From a virus, in the IMG/VR virus record IMGVR_UViG_3300030397_000824, positions 37,047 through 101,046 of that record: a stretch of 64,000 nt of DNA. One strand, written 5' to 3'. This document shows, piece by piece, positions 7,860-16,561 of the stretch (the stretch's first letter is position 1; each line of letters starts with the position of its first letter). The position numbers and the translations under genes are program-made. The notes under the pieces were generated by a model. That model saw only the letters and a program-made list of their open reading frames with translations, was not told the DNA's origin and ran no database searches.

Positions 7860-9929
7860 TTATAATCCAAGACCGCCACCGCCGAGTCCGCCACCACCGA
7901 GGCCACCGGCATCATCAGCCGGTGTTACATACACCTTCTGAATCATTTTCATACGCTTGGAGTTTTCGACACGTCGCGACATGTGTGATTTTCTCACCTT
8001 CTGAAGCATCGCTAGTGTGATTGTTTGACCCCCGTTGTGGATGAAGTCCTCATGATTTTCTACATTCGTTCCAAGCGGATGTAGTTGGTCATTCGGAGTT
8101 TCTGCACGCCCGTGCTCATCGGATGCTTCCGGAGCAGGCTTAAGATCGGCACCTGTTATTGGTGCTTCTGTTAATAGTTCTCTGAAATTCACATCTTCTG
8201 CCTCGCCAAATCCAGCGCCACTACCGATGGCTCCGGACATTGCCATACCACCACCAGCGGCATCAGCGCCAGTTGCACCGAAGTCTCCTCCCATGTCTCC
8301 CATAGCTCCAAAACCAGAGTCGCCACCCGGTGCCAAACCAAGTGGGTCTCCCCCGGGAGGAGGCATAGAACCGAATCCACCACCGCCGAGGCCATCACCC
8401 ATTTCTGCGAAGTCCGCAGCATCCTTCGGATCAAAGCGCTCTTCCAGAATCATCCTCTCATTACGAGCGATTTCATCCGGGGTCCAGTTCATATATTTTT
8501 CTAGGGCGAATCGACGGCTGATGTATGGCTCGTCTTTTACAGTTTGCCACACGTTGATATTATCTTGGTCGCGGGCATTGTTCTTAAAATCTTCGTAATT
8601 CGTTGGGTCGTTGAACGCCATGTCAAAGTCGGAACCCAAAATATTGACATCACGTACTTTGCAGTACATCTTGAATTCGAAGTCAAATGGATCATCGAGA
8701 TTTTTCTGGATGCGCGAACAACGTTCCGAAAAGTTGATTTCTTCCTGATATGCAACACCGACACGCCCGTCATTGAATACGGAGCCCCCTTCTTCAGGAC
8801 CAAGCAACCACGAGTGCGGAACCTGCATGGCACGCATCATCTTCTTTGTGAAGTATTGCAAATCTGGTAGTTCATTCCATGGCTGACCTTCGAGGGTTTC
8901 GACCTTGGAGCCACGCTGGTCGAAAGATACCGGAATGTAGATATCTTCCAACTGGGAAATAGGATTGTAAACAGAATCGACTCCACGGTTCTCTTGGCCG
9001 ATTACCTGCGGGACGCGCTTCTGGTTCAATTCGTTCTTGAAATTGTTTACGACCCATGAGGAACGGTCTGCACGCATTTTACCAGTATCGATATACCATA
9101 CGGTACGCGAGGGTGCACGCTGCACTCGGTGAATCAGGGCTGCGTCTTCGAGAAGTTCTCGTTGCTTGAATGTCTTACTGGCGTCTTCTAAAATCGATTC
9201 GCCAAAGGGCCAGCGGTTGTTATACCGGTCCGATGGGTCATCATCACCCGTAGCACCCGCAAATTTACCCTCACTCATTGACAAGTGAACAATATGACTT
9301 GCCGGTATGACTTTGGTGTTGCGCATTCCGGACGAAAGGCTCAAGCTTTTTATGGAATCTTGGAGTCCACGGTTATCAACCGCGAGTTCGATATTCTCAA
9401 CATTGAATTTGAAGTTCCGGACGATCCATGCCACGACTTCTACAGTTTCGTGGTCAACCAGTGCACCAAGCACGAAGCGCGGGTGTAGGGAAAATAACTC
9501 GAAGGTGTCGGGGTTACGGAAGTAAAACCAATCTCCGTATTTTATAACATCCCGGAAGTGACGCCAAAGTCTCTTATCCCATTCATTGATTCGGCTCCAC
9601 TGGGTCATGTTCTCCATGATGAGTGCCGATTCTTCTTCGGTTGGGTCTAGAGCCCAGTTGAATTTCCAGAAATGATTTTCGTCGTTCTTGGGCGTACAAT
9701 GCTCAGCGGTAATGTCAAGCGCTCGCGCTACGTCGGAGTCTTGATCCATCCAGTCATATAACTTATATCGCTCCATGCGGTCGTAACGACCACGATAAAC
9801 CTGTTGGAGCATATTGAAGTTATCACTGGACCCAGACCACGAGTTATCACCCCCATGGGTATGGAGGGTAATTTTTCTCTTGCGACGATTCTTACTCAGA
9901 TTCGGTGACGCGGTGGTGGTCCAAGCCAT
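7860..9929 (-). CDS. gp20: Portal protein (T4 gp20-like) with Gly-rich linker and C-terminal extension
   Basis: MDQDSDVARALD, ESILE, LLEDAALIHRVQRAP.R.V.YIDTG, EDIYIP, RGSKVETL.G. Confidence 0.95.
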   Translation of the reverse strand: MAWTTTASPNLSKNRRKRKITLHTHGGDNSWSGSSDNFNMLQQVYRGRYDRMERYKLYDWMDQDSDVARALDITAEHCTPKNDENHFWKFNWALDPTEEESALIMENMTQWSRINEWDKRLWRHFRDVIKYGDWFYFRNPDTFELFSLHPRFVLGALVDHETVEVVAWIVRNFKFNVENIELAVDNRGLQDSIKSLSLSSGMRNTKVIPASHIVHLSMSEGKFAGATGDDDPSDRYNNRWPFGESILEDASKTFKQRELLEDAALIHRVQRAPSRTVWYIDTGKMRADRSSWVVNNFKNELNQKRVPQVIGQENRGVDSVYNPISQLEDIYIPVSFDQRGSKVETLEGQPWNELPDLQYFTKKMMRAMQVPHSWLLGPEEGGSVFNDGRVGVAYQEEINFSERCSRIQKNLDDPFDFEFKMYCKVRDVNILGSDFDMAFNDPTNYEDFKNNARDQDNINVWQTVKDEPYISRRFALEKYMNWTPDEIARNERMILEERFDPKDAADFAEMGDGLGGGGFGSMPPPGGDPLGLAPGGDSGFGAMGDMGGDFGATGADAAGGGMAMSGAIGSGAGFGEAEDVNFRELLTEAPITGADLKPAPEASDEHGRAETPNDQLHPLGTNVENHEDFIHNGGQTITLAMLQKVRKSHMSRRVENSKRMKMIQKVYVTPADDAGGLGGGGLGGGGLGL

Positions 9930-9962
9930 ATTACAAGTGCCTTCGAGACGGTGGTATCCGTT

Positions 9963-9968
9963 TATTTA
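9963..9968 (-). promoter_or_regulatory. Late promoter
   Basis: GATAAATAA upstream of portal. Confidence 0.6.
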
Positions 9969-10001
9969 TCCAATATAGGTTCATAAAGTCCACGGGTCCA
10001 C

Positions 10002-12380
10002 TTATTGGTCAAGTAGTGGGGTATAAGCGCTCACCCCAGTTGTGGTTCCTCTACGATTCATCGGAATTGATTTCTTTCCGGTTTGTGCTGGCCCACCTGA
10101 TTTATTGATGGCGTCCAAGGTATCCGTTCGTGCTGCATTACCAGCGATTGTCAACTGAATCAATTGATCCAATTGGTTTGTTTGTTTGGCCAATTCAACG
10201 TTTGTTGGATCATCTTTCAGTGATACTATTTCTGGCTTGGTAACGTCTGATGGAGCTACCACAGCCGCATCCCCGGCTGATTGCGGTGCTACTCCCTTAA
10301 CTGCGGAGACACCTTGCTTACGATTGAGCGCGGAATCTATCTTCGCTTTCTTTTCAGCCAACTTCATCTGTTCGAATTGTTCCATGGCATTCAACCGCTT
10401 CGTCGCTTCGTCATTCCCGAAGAACGATAGAACATTATCAACAGCGCTACCAACAGCATCACCAATATTGGTGGTTGTTTCTGGTGCGATGTCTTTGAGG
10501 AAGTCATATACGTCAGACCGTCCGGTAAAAACAGCTTGTCCTGCTTGATGCAAACCAAATCCTGCTGCTGCACCTGCGGCAACAGTAGCGGCACCGGCTC
10601 CGCTGATTAAACCACCAGCACCCCTTGCCATAGAACCAACTCCTCCCCGAGCGGCATTTACGGCTCCACCAAAACCACCTTTCATTTTACCACCGAGTCT
10701 ACCCATCATTCCTCTACCCAGTCCTCCCCGGGCTAAGGTATTGGCAATGATAGCTGCGGTGTTGGCACCCAGTGCAACCACGAGTGCTGCACCACCACCC
10801 AAATTATTCTTAATCGTTTCTTGAAACGTATTGAACATACCTTGGGCAGTTGCATCCATCGTTCCTTCTGTGGCTTTTTGTTGTTCACGAAGGGCTTCGA
10901 GTGTTGCATCCTTACCTTCTTTCGCAAGTGCCACCTGAGCAGAAATTATTCTCTCTGCGTTTACCGATACTTCAGCAAGAGCTTGGAAACGATTTCCGGA
11001 ATCTTCTCGCAATACTGATGCAGCTTCCATGGTTTGTCCGGTCAATCCCTCAAGACCACTTGCCAATTCAATCATCCGCTGTAATGCTTCAGGGGTTCCT
11101 CCTGTAGAACTTTGGCTAATACGGAACAACTCTCGTACCAATGCGTCATTGTTGCCTTGTGACATCATAAGGGCTGCACCCTCACGACGTTGGAACATAT
11201 CGATGCCACCAGCTTCAACGATTTCCTGTACCAAATCAGATAATGAACCCAACCCCTGTGACTCAAACATAGTACGTTGGGCACGCATGGATTCTAGGGT
11301 TTGCTGGCTGATAAGCCCGTTGAAGCGCAATTCTTCGAGGGTCATGGCATCGTCTTCTTGAAGCTTCATAACTTCAGCAACCGTCTTACCAGTAGCAAAG
11401 GCAATGTCTTTCAATAGTTGTATTTGGTCGCGTGTTTGGCGGCTAGTCAGGATAGAGTCATTACTAGCTTGGACACCAGCACGGCGCTGTTGTTCCAGAA
11501 TTTGAGTCTGGATAACATTCATTTCTTCGAATGGGATGCGTTCGAGGAATTCCGCACCAAATGCTTCTTTGGCTGCGTCTCTATTTTCTTTAAAGGTTTG
11601 AGCTACCTCTTCTAGGTTCGAACCCAACGTACCAATCAACAACCGCTGCTGTTCTGCAAATTCCATAACAACAGGGAATGTAGAATTCAATGCATCACGA
11701 TTCTTCAGAAGTCCAGCGCCAAGATCATCGAGAAGTGCGGTGACACCAATCATGCCACCCTGACCGGCTTTGAACATTTCGTCAATAGTGCCCATGGCAT
11801 CCCGGGCTGCTCCCTGAACATCCATCAACGATTGACCAAAGTCGATCACCGATTGGTTGACACTGAGCATGTTCTTTTCGAACTCAGTTACCGCACCCTG
11901 CTTGAACAGTTTGAAAAACTTGGAAAATGCCGGTAGTTTGGTCTGCTGGAATATTTCAGCGGCTTCTTCAGACGCTTCGAATACCTTACGGGCTGCTTGT
12001 GCGCCAGCAAAGCTAATTCCTTCTTCGCCGCCACCGCCGCCTTCGCCGCCACCACCAGATGCCTTGGACAGCAACGCCTTTAGGTTTTCGTTAATGTTCT
12101 TGAGTTGTTCCATCGCATCCGGGCTTGTTGTGCCCCCACTCGATGAAACAGAATCGGAAATTTCTTTTTTGGTGTCCTTGATGAGTTTGCCCAAAGAACG
12201 CGTTTGTTCGTCGCAGCAATCAACAAGCTGTCGTAGCAGTTCGGTCTGTTCGTCCTTTAAGTCACCCGTAGCAACATTTCTACGAGTGACGGTTACATCA
12301 CCGCTCGTATTAACATTGACTGGTGATCCCCGCTCTGTGGCGGAATCACTTGGTTGGCCGGGATTGGTAGGTTCTGCCAC
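10002..12380 (-). CDS. Tape measure protein
   Basis: 792 aa helical, Ala/Gly-rich hydrophobic segments near C-terminus, downstream of gp26-like gene; GTG start with GGAG. Confidence 0.75.
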   Translation of the reverse strand: MAEPTNPGQPSDSATERGSPVNVNTSGDVTVTRRNVATGDLKDEQTELLRQLVDCCDEQTRSLGKLIKDTKKEISDSVSSSGGTTSPDAMEQLKNINENLKALLSKASGGGGEGGGGGEEGISFAGAQAARKVFEASEEAAEIFQQTKLPAFSKFFKLFKQGAVTEFEKNMLSVNQSVIDFGQSLMDVQGAARDAMGTIDEMFKAGQGGMIGVTALLDDLGAGLLKNRDALNSTFPVVMEFAEQQRLLIGTLGSNLEEVAQTFKENRDAAKEAFGAEFLERIPFEEMNVIQTQILEQQRRAGVQASNDSILTSRQTRDQIQLLKDIAFATGKTVAEVMKLQEDDAMTLEELRFNGLISQQTLESMRAQRTMFESQGLGSLSDLVQEIVEAGGIDMFQRREGAALMMSQGNNDALVRELFRISQSSTGGTPEALQRMIELASGLEGLTGQTMEAASVLREDSGNRFQALAEVSVNAERIISAQVALAKEGKDATLEALREQQKATEGTMDATAQGMFNTFQETIKNNLGGGAALVVALGANTAAIIANTLARGGLGRGMMGRLGGKMKGGFGGAVNAARGGVGSMARGAGGLISGAGAATVAAGAAAGFGLHQAGQAVFTGRSDVYDFLKDIAPETTTNIGDAVGSAVDNVLSFFGNDEATKRLNAMEQFEQMKLAEKKAKIDSALNRKQGVSAVKGVAPQSAGDAAVVAPSDVTKPEIVSLKDDPTNVELAKQTNQLDQLIQLTIAGNAARTDTLDAINKSGGPAQTGKKSIPMNRRGTTTGVSAYTPLLDQ

Positions 12381-12405
12381 AGGTTGTAAACTCCATTAAT
12401 CATGG

Positions 12406-12411
12406 TATTTA
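12406..12411 (-). promoter_or_regulatory. Late promoter
   Basis: GTAAATAC upstream of tape measure. Confidence 0.6.
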
Positions 12412-12432
12412 CAGCCCGTGGTTTTATTCAAA

Positions 12433-12690
12433 TCATGTATTCTGGGAATCTGGTTTTGTTTCTTCCTTTGGTGAAAGAATCAGACTGATGGATATCAAAA
12501 TCACAAAGAAAAGAGCGATTATCCCCATTGCTCCGTAAAGCCCTATTTCCTCGGCGTAGTAAAAGGGAACGATCCATACGGCGAACCCAAGGGGAAGGCA
12601 TATCAGAAACAGACCGAACGAAAGAATCGAACTTGGTTCCCCGATATAATCTCTCGGGATATCGTCATTGGGTATGTTTTTTCTGGGCAT
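12433..12690 (-). CDS. Small two-TM membrane protein (moron-like)
   Basis: Two hydrophobic helices; GGAG RBS; own sigma70 promoter. Confidence 0.7.
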   Translation of the reverse strand: MPRKNIPNDDIPRDYIGEPSSILSFGLFLICLPLGFAVWIVPFYYAEEIGLYGAMGIIALFFVILISISLILSPKEETKPDSQNT

Positions 12691-12720
12691 ATCGACTCCA
12701 CAACAAAACTCAGAACGTGG

Positions 12721-12749
12721 ATAATAGCAGGTAGTTGAAATTTTGTCAA
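12721..12749 (-). promoter_or_regulatory. sigma70-type promoter
   Basis: TTGACA-N17-TATTAT. Confidence 0.75.
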
Positions 12750-12754
12750 GAAAT

Positions 12755-13066
12755 TTAAAATTCCCCGATGTTGTCCATATTCGTTGTTTTTCCGGTAGCC
12801 TTATTAATCATATCCTCCTTTTTCTTATTGGCCCTATTGATGACATCGGATAGGAGTTTGATTTCTCGATTGGGGTAACGCTTCAATGTCTCGTACTGAA
12901 TTGCTCCCCCATATGCGAGGGATATTTCAGCAAGAATTGCTAGCGTACTCTCCTTTTCTTCGCGCCTTGCTTCGATTTCTGCGAGGGCTTCTTCGGCTGT
13001 GTTGAATCCCCCGCTTGCCCAAAAAGCCGGTTGGCGTCCAACTCTAGCCTGAATGTTTGTTCCCCA
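12755..13066 (-). CDS. Start-less -1 frame ORF (gp51/gpT-like), probable frameshift extension of gp26-like gene
   Basis: Open from TAA at 13067-13069 to TAA at 12755; ...AEEALAEIEARREEKESTLAILAEISLAYGGAIQYETLKRYPNREIKLLSDVINRANKKKEDM...; no ATG/GTG/TTG before the helical region. Confidence 0.65.
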   Translation of the reverse strand, partial: WGTNIQARVGRQPAFWASGGFNTAEEALAEIEARREEKESTLAILAEISLAYGGAIQYETLKRYPNREIKLLSDVINRANKKKEDMINKATGKTTNMDNIGEF

Positions 13067-13959
13067 TTACACTCCTCACAATTGTATTTGATATCGGAGA
13101 ATGAGACGATCCATTCAGAAATCTCATTGATCTTTTCGGTTAGACCTTCGGCTTCATCGGTTGGTAGATTCAATAACCACTCACGAATATATTCTTGTCC
13201 GTCAACAGCTTTACCATCCGAACGCTCAACCGAATGGATTGAGGCTTCAAGGTTGTCCAGCGCTGTATCGGATGCCATGTCGATAATACGCGAGTAATTT
13301 TTGATCGCCTCTTCGTTGACAACCATCTCGTCGAGTTTCATATCACCCATGGAGTCAATCTTTTTGTTCCGAGCTAAGCTCTCTTTCATCTGTTCGATGA
13401 CTCGCTTGTACGACGGTGGGCGCAGATTTACTTTTTGTGGTACCCGTTTCAGGCGGTAAGTGAACAACTCTTCCGCAAGGTCATCTTGGATAACCTCATA
13501 CCGAAGAATGTGTTCATTGATATCGAGTACCAAGGTGTTTTCATGTCCACATCGACCGTTGAGTTCTTCACCATCCTCAACTGCCTCACCCTCTTCTGGT
13601 TCTCTGGGTACCAAATTTTGACAAACGTGCTTCAGTTCGAGTTTGGGTCCATAGCTCACTAAACGCGAGGCCAGTAGGATAGCTTCCAAATCCAACTCAC
13701 ACAACTCTGAAGCCAATAATACATCAGGGCAAATACCTTTCATCATTCTGGGAATGGCTTCACCGGAAAGCAGCAACCACGGATCACGATAGTTTTGTTC
13801 TGCGAGAATGCCGAGAACCCCGACCGGCAAATCCAGCGGATCAGCTTCGGCAGAGATAACATTCTCGGGGTACCAACGACCACCAGTCGGTAATGCAACC
13901 GAAACGGACGGAAAAGCATCATTCTCGATTAGGTCTTGGATCAATGGGTTGTTTGACAT
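12940..13959 (-). CDS. gp26: Baseplate hub assembly chaperone (T4 gp26-like)
   Basis: LPTGGRWYP, DLEAILLASRLVSYG, Cys pairs, C-terminal CxxC; upstream of tape measure. Confidence 0.8.
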   Translation of the reverse strand: MSNNPLIQDLIENDAFPSVSVALPTGGRWYPENVISAEADPLDLPVGVLGILAEQNYRDPWLLLSGEAIPRMMKGICPDVLLASELCELDLEAILLASRLVSYGPKLELKHVCQNLVPREPEEGEAVEDGEELNGRCGHENTLVLDINEHILRYEVIQDDLAEELFTYRLKRVPQKVNLRPPSYKRVIEQMKESLARNKKIDSMGDMKLDEMVVNEEAIKNYSRIIDMASDTALDNLEASIHSVERSDGKAVDGQEYIREWLLNLPTDEAEGLTEKINEISEWIVSFSDIKYNCEECNGEQTFRLELDANRLFGQAGDSTQPKKPSQKSKQGAKKRRVR

Positions 13960-13987
13960 TAAATTCTCCGTGGGTCAATGAGCGAGG

Positions 13988-13993
13988 TATTTA
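13988..13993 (-). promoter_or_regulatory. Late promoter
   Basis: CTAAATAC upstream of gp26-like gene. Confidence 0.65.
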
Positions 13994-14022
13994 GATCACC
14001 CAACTACCCTATTTTCAAGAGA

Positions 14023-14052
14023 AAGATGGTTCTATTTGGTGATAAAGTCAAG
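14023..14052 (-). promoter_or_regulatory. RpoH-type promoter candidate
   Basis: cTTGACT-N17-CATCTT. Confidence 0.5.
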
Positions 14053-14216
14053 AAAATACGTTCGTACTTTTTTCGTACTTTTTCGGTCGAAATTCTTTTT
14101 CGAAATCAGTAACTTACAAAAAAGTACGGAAAAAAGCCGTAAAGGACTAAGGACTTTATAAATTATATAATATTATTCTTTGGCATTCAATCTTTAGGTA
14201 CTTCGTACCTAAAGAT
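14053..14216. other. Origin-like intergenic element (repeats, AT-rich tract, 12-bp hairpin)
   Basis: TTCGTACTTTT x2 (14061-14082), inverted AAAAAAGTACGGA (14118-14130), AT tract ~14155-14180, perfect ATCTTTAGGTAC/GTACCTAAAGAT (14190-14216). Confidence 0.45.
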
Positions 14217-14251
14217 AGAGTGACCATACCGGTACCCGGTTTGGCTGAAGG

Positions 14252-14280
14252 TTGCTTCGCAACGAAAAAGGTACTACCTT
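14252..14280 (+). promoter_or_regulatory. sigma70-type promoter candidate
   Basis: TTGCTT-N17-TACCTT upstream of 14308 ORF. Confidence 0.45.
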
Positions 14281-14307
14281 GTTGTTAATTGAACGTCGAG
14301 GAACAAC

Positions 14308-14748
14308 ATGAGATACACCGGTCGATATGCACAAGCACAGAAAAGAGAAGAACGGGCAATCTTCCAATGCTACTTTCGTGCAATTAATGAAGCACATAAG
14401 GATAGTCATCGAGAAAACCTTCGTTTAGTTCGGGAAAACATGATTGAAGGGGATAATGATTTAACCATTGATGTATGGAAAAACTTTCTTAATGTATGTG
14501 AAGAACTACGCATCGATGTTGCACCGATAACTGACATCGTGAAAATTAATAAGGAGCATCCGGGAAAAGGAAATGGATATCGAATTCCGAGAAAAGAAAA
14601 AGACCAAATCGGGTATCTGAAAAAACTACAGCGTCGCCGGGAATGGCGCGAATTATTTCGAAATGAATTTGGTTTTGAAAATTCCGTCGTGCTGAATAAA
14701 TTACACGAGCGACCACAATTACGCGTTGTTCAATCGCGGGTCGGGTAA
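14308..14748 (+). CDS. Basic hypothetical protein (only plus-strand gene in first 26 kb)
   Basis: GAGGA RBS, promoter candidate, K/R-rich. Confidence 0.7.
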   Translation: MRYTGRYAQAQKREERAIFQCYFRAINEAHKDSHRENLRLVRENMIEGDNDLTIDVWKNFLNVCEELRIDVAPITDIVKINKEHPGKGNGYRIPRKEKDQIGYLKKLQRRREWRELFRNEFGFENSVVLNKLHERPQLRVVQSRVG

Positions 14749-15354
14749 TTGAAATTCTGATTCTGCTCGGGGCATATAATCAGAAACGGCTAGAATAGCC
14801 TCGCCTCGGGAGCAGTCATATTCTTCCTGTCGGGCATCAACCTCATCCCAGAACTTCGCTTCGCGAGAATGTTGATAATCGATGAAAACTTGATCCGGTC
14901 CTTTACCCGGGAATTCCCAAAAACCACCCACCGTTCGGATATTACGCGATTTATCGTCGTCATCTTCTGGGTTCTTGATGTAGTGTTCTTCCCACGACTC
15001 GTGCCAGATTCTAGCCTTCTCTTCGATAAGCCAGTTGACCGCATCCTTGCCGTGTTTTTCTGGTGGAGCCATTAATCGACTCCCGCCTTTTATCTTCGGA
15101 AAGGTAGGCAATCCATCTTGGAAGCGATGATATTTTTCTGCCAGACGGAGTGCCTGTTCCGATGTCATGTCCCGGCCTTTTGAACACCGGTAGAATATTT
15201 CTTCGAGTGTTCGATAGAATTCCGGATAACTGTCAATCCACGGCAAGCAGAGACAATCCATGACGAATTTCGCCATGGCATATGTCTCATCAGTGGTGAA
15301 CTCGCAAAAGGTTACGAGTGCACCGTTCTGCATCTCTCGTTCGGACTCAATCAT
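14719..15354 (-). CDS. Hypothetical protein
   Basis: ATGA overlap with thyX stop. Confidence 0.7.
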   Translation of the reverse strand: MIESEREMQNGALVTFCEFTTDETYAMAKFVMDCLCLPWIDSYPEFYRTLEEIFYRCSKGRDMTSEQALRLAEKYHRFQDGLPTFPKIKGGSRLMAPPEKHGKDAVNWLIEEKARIWHESWEEHYIKNPEDDDDKSRNIRTVGGFWEFPGKGPDQVFIDYQHSREAKFWDEVDARQEEYDCSRGEAILAVSDYMPRAESEFQLPDPRLNNA

Positions 15355-16502
15355 GTAAATCTGGAAATGAACTCCGTAATTTCACGTTCGCTGGCACCCT
15401 TCTCTTTCAATTTATCAGGAATGCTTTTGAAATAATCAGAATGTTTCATTGGACTAATCAGTTCGTAGATCAGTTCAGTTTCCATTCTACTCAATCTTGT
15501 GCCACCAAGCAAGTAATCTTCGAATGCTTCCACAGACCACTCGGCGTGCGGACGAATCAATTCGAGGATAGCTTTCGCATAAACGCGGATTTCATATTGG
15601 GCATGGAAATCGCATCGGAGATTCAAGAAATGAAACAGGTTGTGCATATTCCCCTTCCAGTACATTTCACTGTATGTGGCTACAGGAAGAACCATACGCG
15701 CAAGCTCGCGGGCGATCCCCGGGAAGTCATCACTGATGTGTGCTACCCCGTTTTGATCCAGATAGCTCTGTATTAGCTCCTGAAGGCTTTCCTCAGTCGG
15801 GTAGGGGTCATCGTTGTCTGATTCGATAGCACGCCTCCTAGCCTCATTCACGGCTGTTGCAGCGGCATCTTGACACCATTGCAACCGACGCTGTACACCA
15901 TCAGTAGCCGGAGGCACAGTTCCGATCTCATTTGGACCCAGAAGGTGCTTGTATCCTTGGAAGGATGTCTCGAAACATTCCTGTACGACATTCATGACAG
16001 CGATGTAATCATTCTCGCTCAGCATGTTGTCCTCACGACCCTGTTTGTTCGAGGAACTTTGTGGTGCAAGATGACCGATGTCGGGCTCGTACATTTCGTC
16101 CTTCATCTCAGAATAACGAGCGCTATACTCGTTGATCGAAAAGGTACGATGGCGATGCCATTGACGGAAAACGAAAATTGGAGCTTTGATATGAAATTTG
16201 AAATCCACCATCTCGAACGGAGTTGTATGGAGGTGGCGCATCAGGTAACGAATCAGGCCGCGATCACCGCGAGTCTTCTTGGTTCCCACACCATATGATA
16301 CCCGAGCGGCATTGACTACTGCGGAATCGTCTCCGTAGAAATCGACAAGGCCAACAAATCCGTGATTGAGGACATTTGTGTATGTTGGTTCCCAGACCGA
16401 GACCGGAGTATTGCCACCGGCACCATCTTTGGAATAATCGACAAGGGATAGGTTATCAGATGCTTCGTAGTCGTCGGGGACTGCGACTTTAATAAATCTC
16501 AT
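15351..16502 (-). CDS. thyX: FAD-dependent thymidylate synthase with ~70-aa insertion
   Basis: VVNAARVSY, HTTPFE, RQWHRHRT.SINEYSARY, ARELARMVLP, NLFHFLNLR; ATG 16502 with GGAG. Confidence 0.95.
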   Translation of the reverse strand: MRFIKVAVPDDYEASDNLSLVDYSKDGAGGNTPVSVWEPTYTNVLNHGFVGLVDFYGDDSAVVNAARVSYGVGTKKTRGDRGLIRYLMRHLHTTPFEMVDFKFHIKAPIFVFRQWHRHRTFSINEYSARYSEMKDEMYEPDIGHLAPQSSSNKQGREDNMLSENDYIAVMNVVQECFETSFQGYKHLLGPNEIGTVPPATDGVQRRLQWCQDAAATAVNEARRRAIESDNDDPYPTEESLQELIQSYLDQNGVAHISDDFPGIARELARMVLPVATYSEMYWKGNMHNLFHFLNLRCDFHAQYEIRVYAKAILELIRPHAEWSVEAFEDYLLGGTRLSRMETELIYELISPMKHSDYFKSIPDKLKEKGASEREITEFISRFT

Positions 16503-16531
16503 TGGAGAACTCCTGTGTATTTTCTCCAATT

Positions 16532-16561
16532 AATATAGGACCGATGAGGTAGAATATCTAG
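16532..16561 (-). promoter_or_regulatory. RpoH-type promoter candidate (variant)
   Basis: cTAGATA-N17-TATATT upstream of thyX. Confidence 0.35.

Noticed and set aside
12755-12811. 18-aa ORF MINKATGK... after AGGAGG as the explanation of the -1 frame
   Set aside because: SD spacing is only 2 nt and it starts downstream of the helical region that needs explaining
14755-14785. Hairpin TTCTGATT/AATCAGAA near convergent gene ends
   Set aside because: Short stem with large loop, no U-tract, inside coding sequence
15720-15945. Intein in ThyX
   Set aside because: No C/S first residue or HN-C/S/T junction
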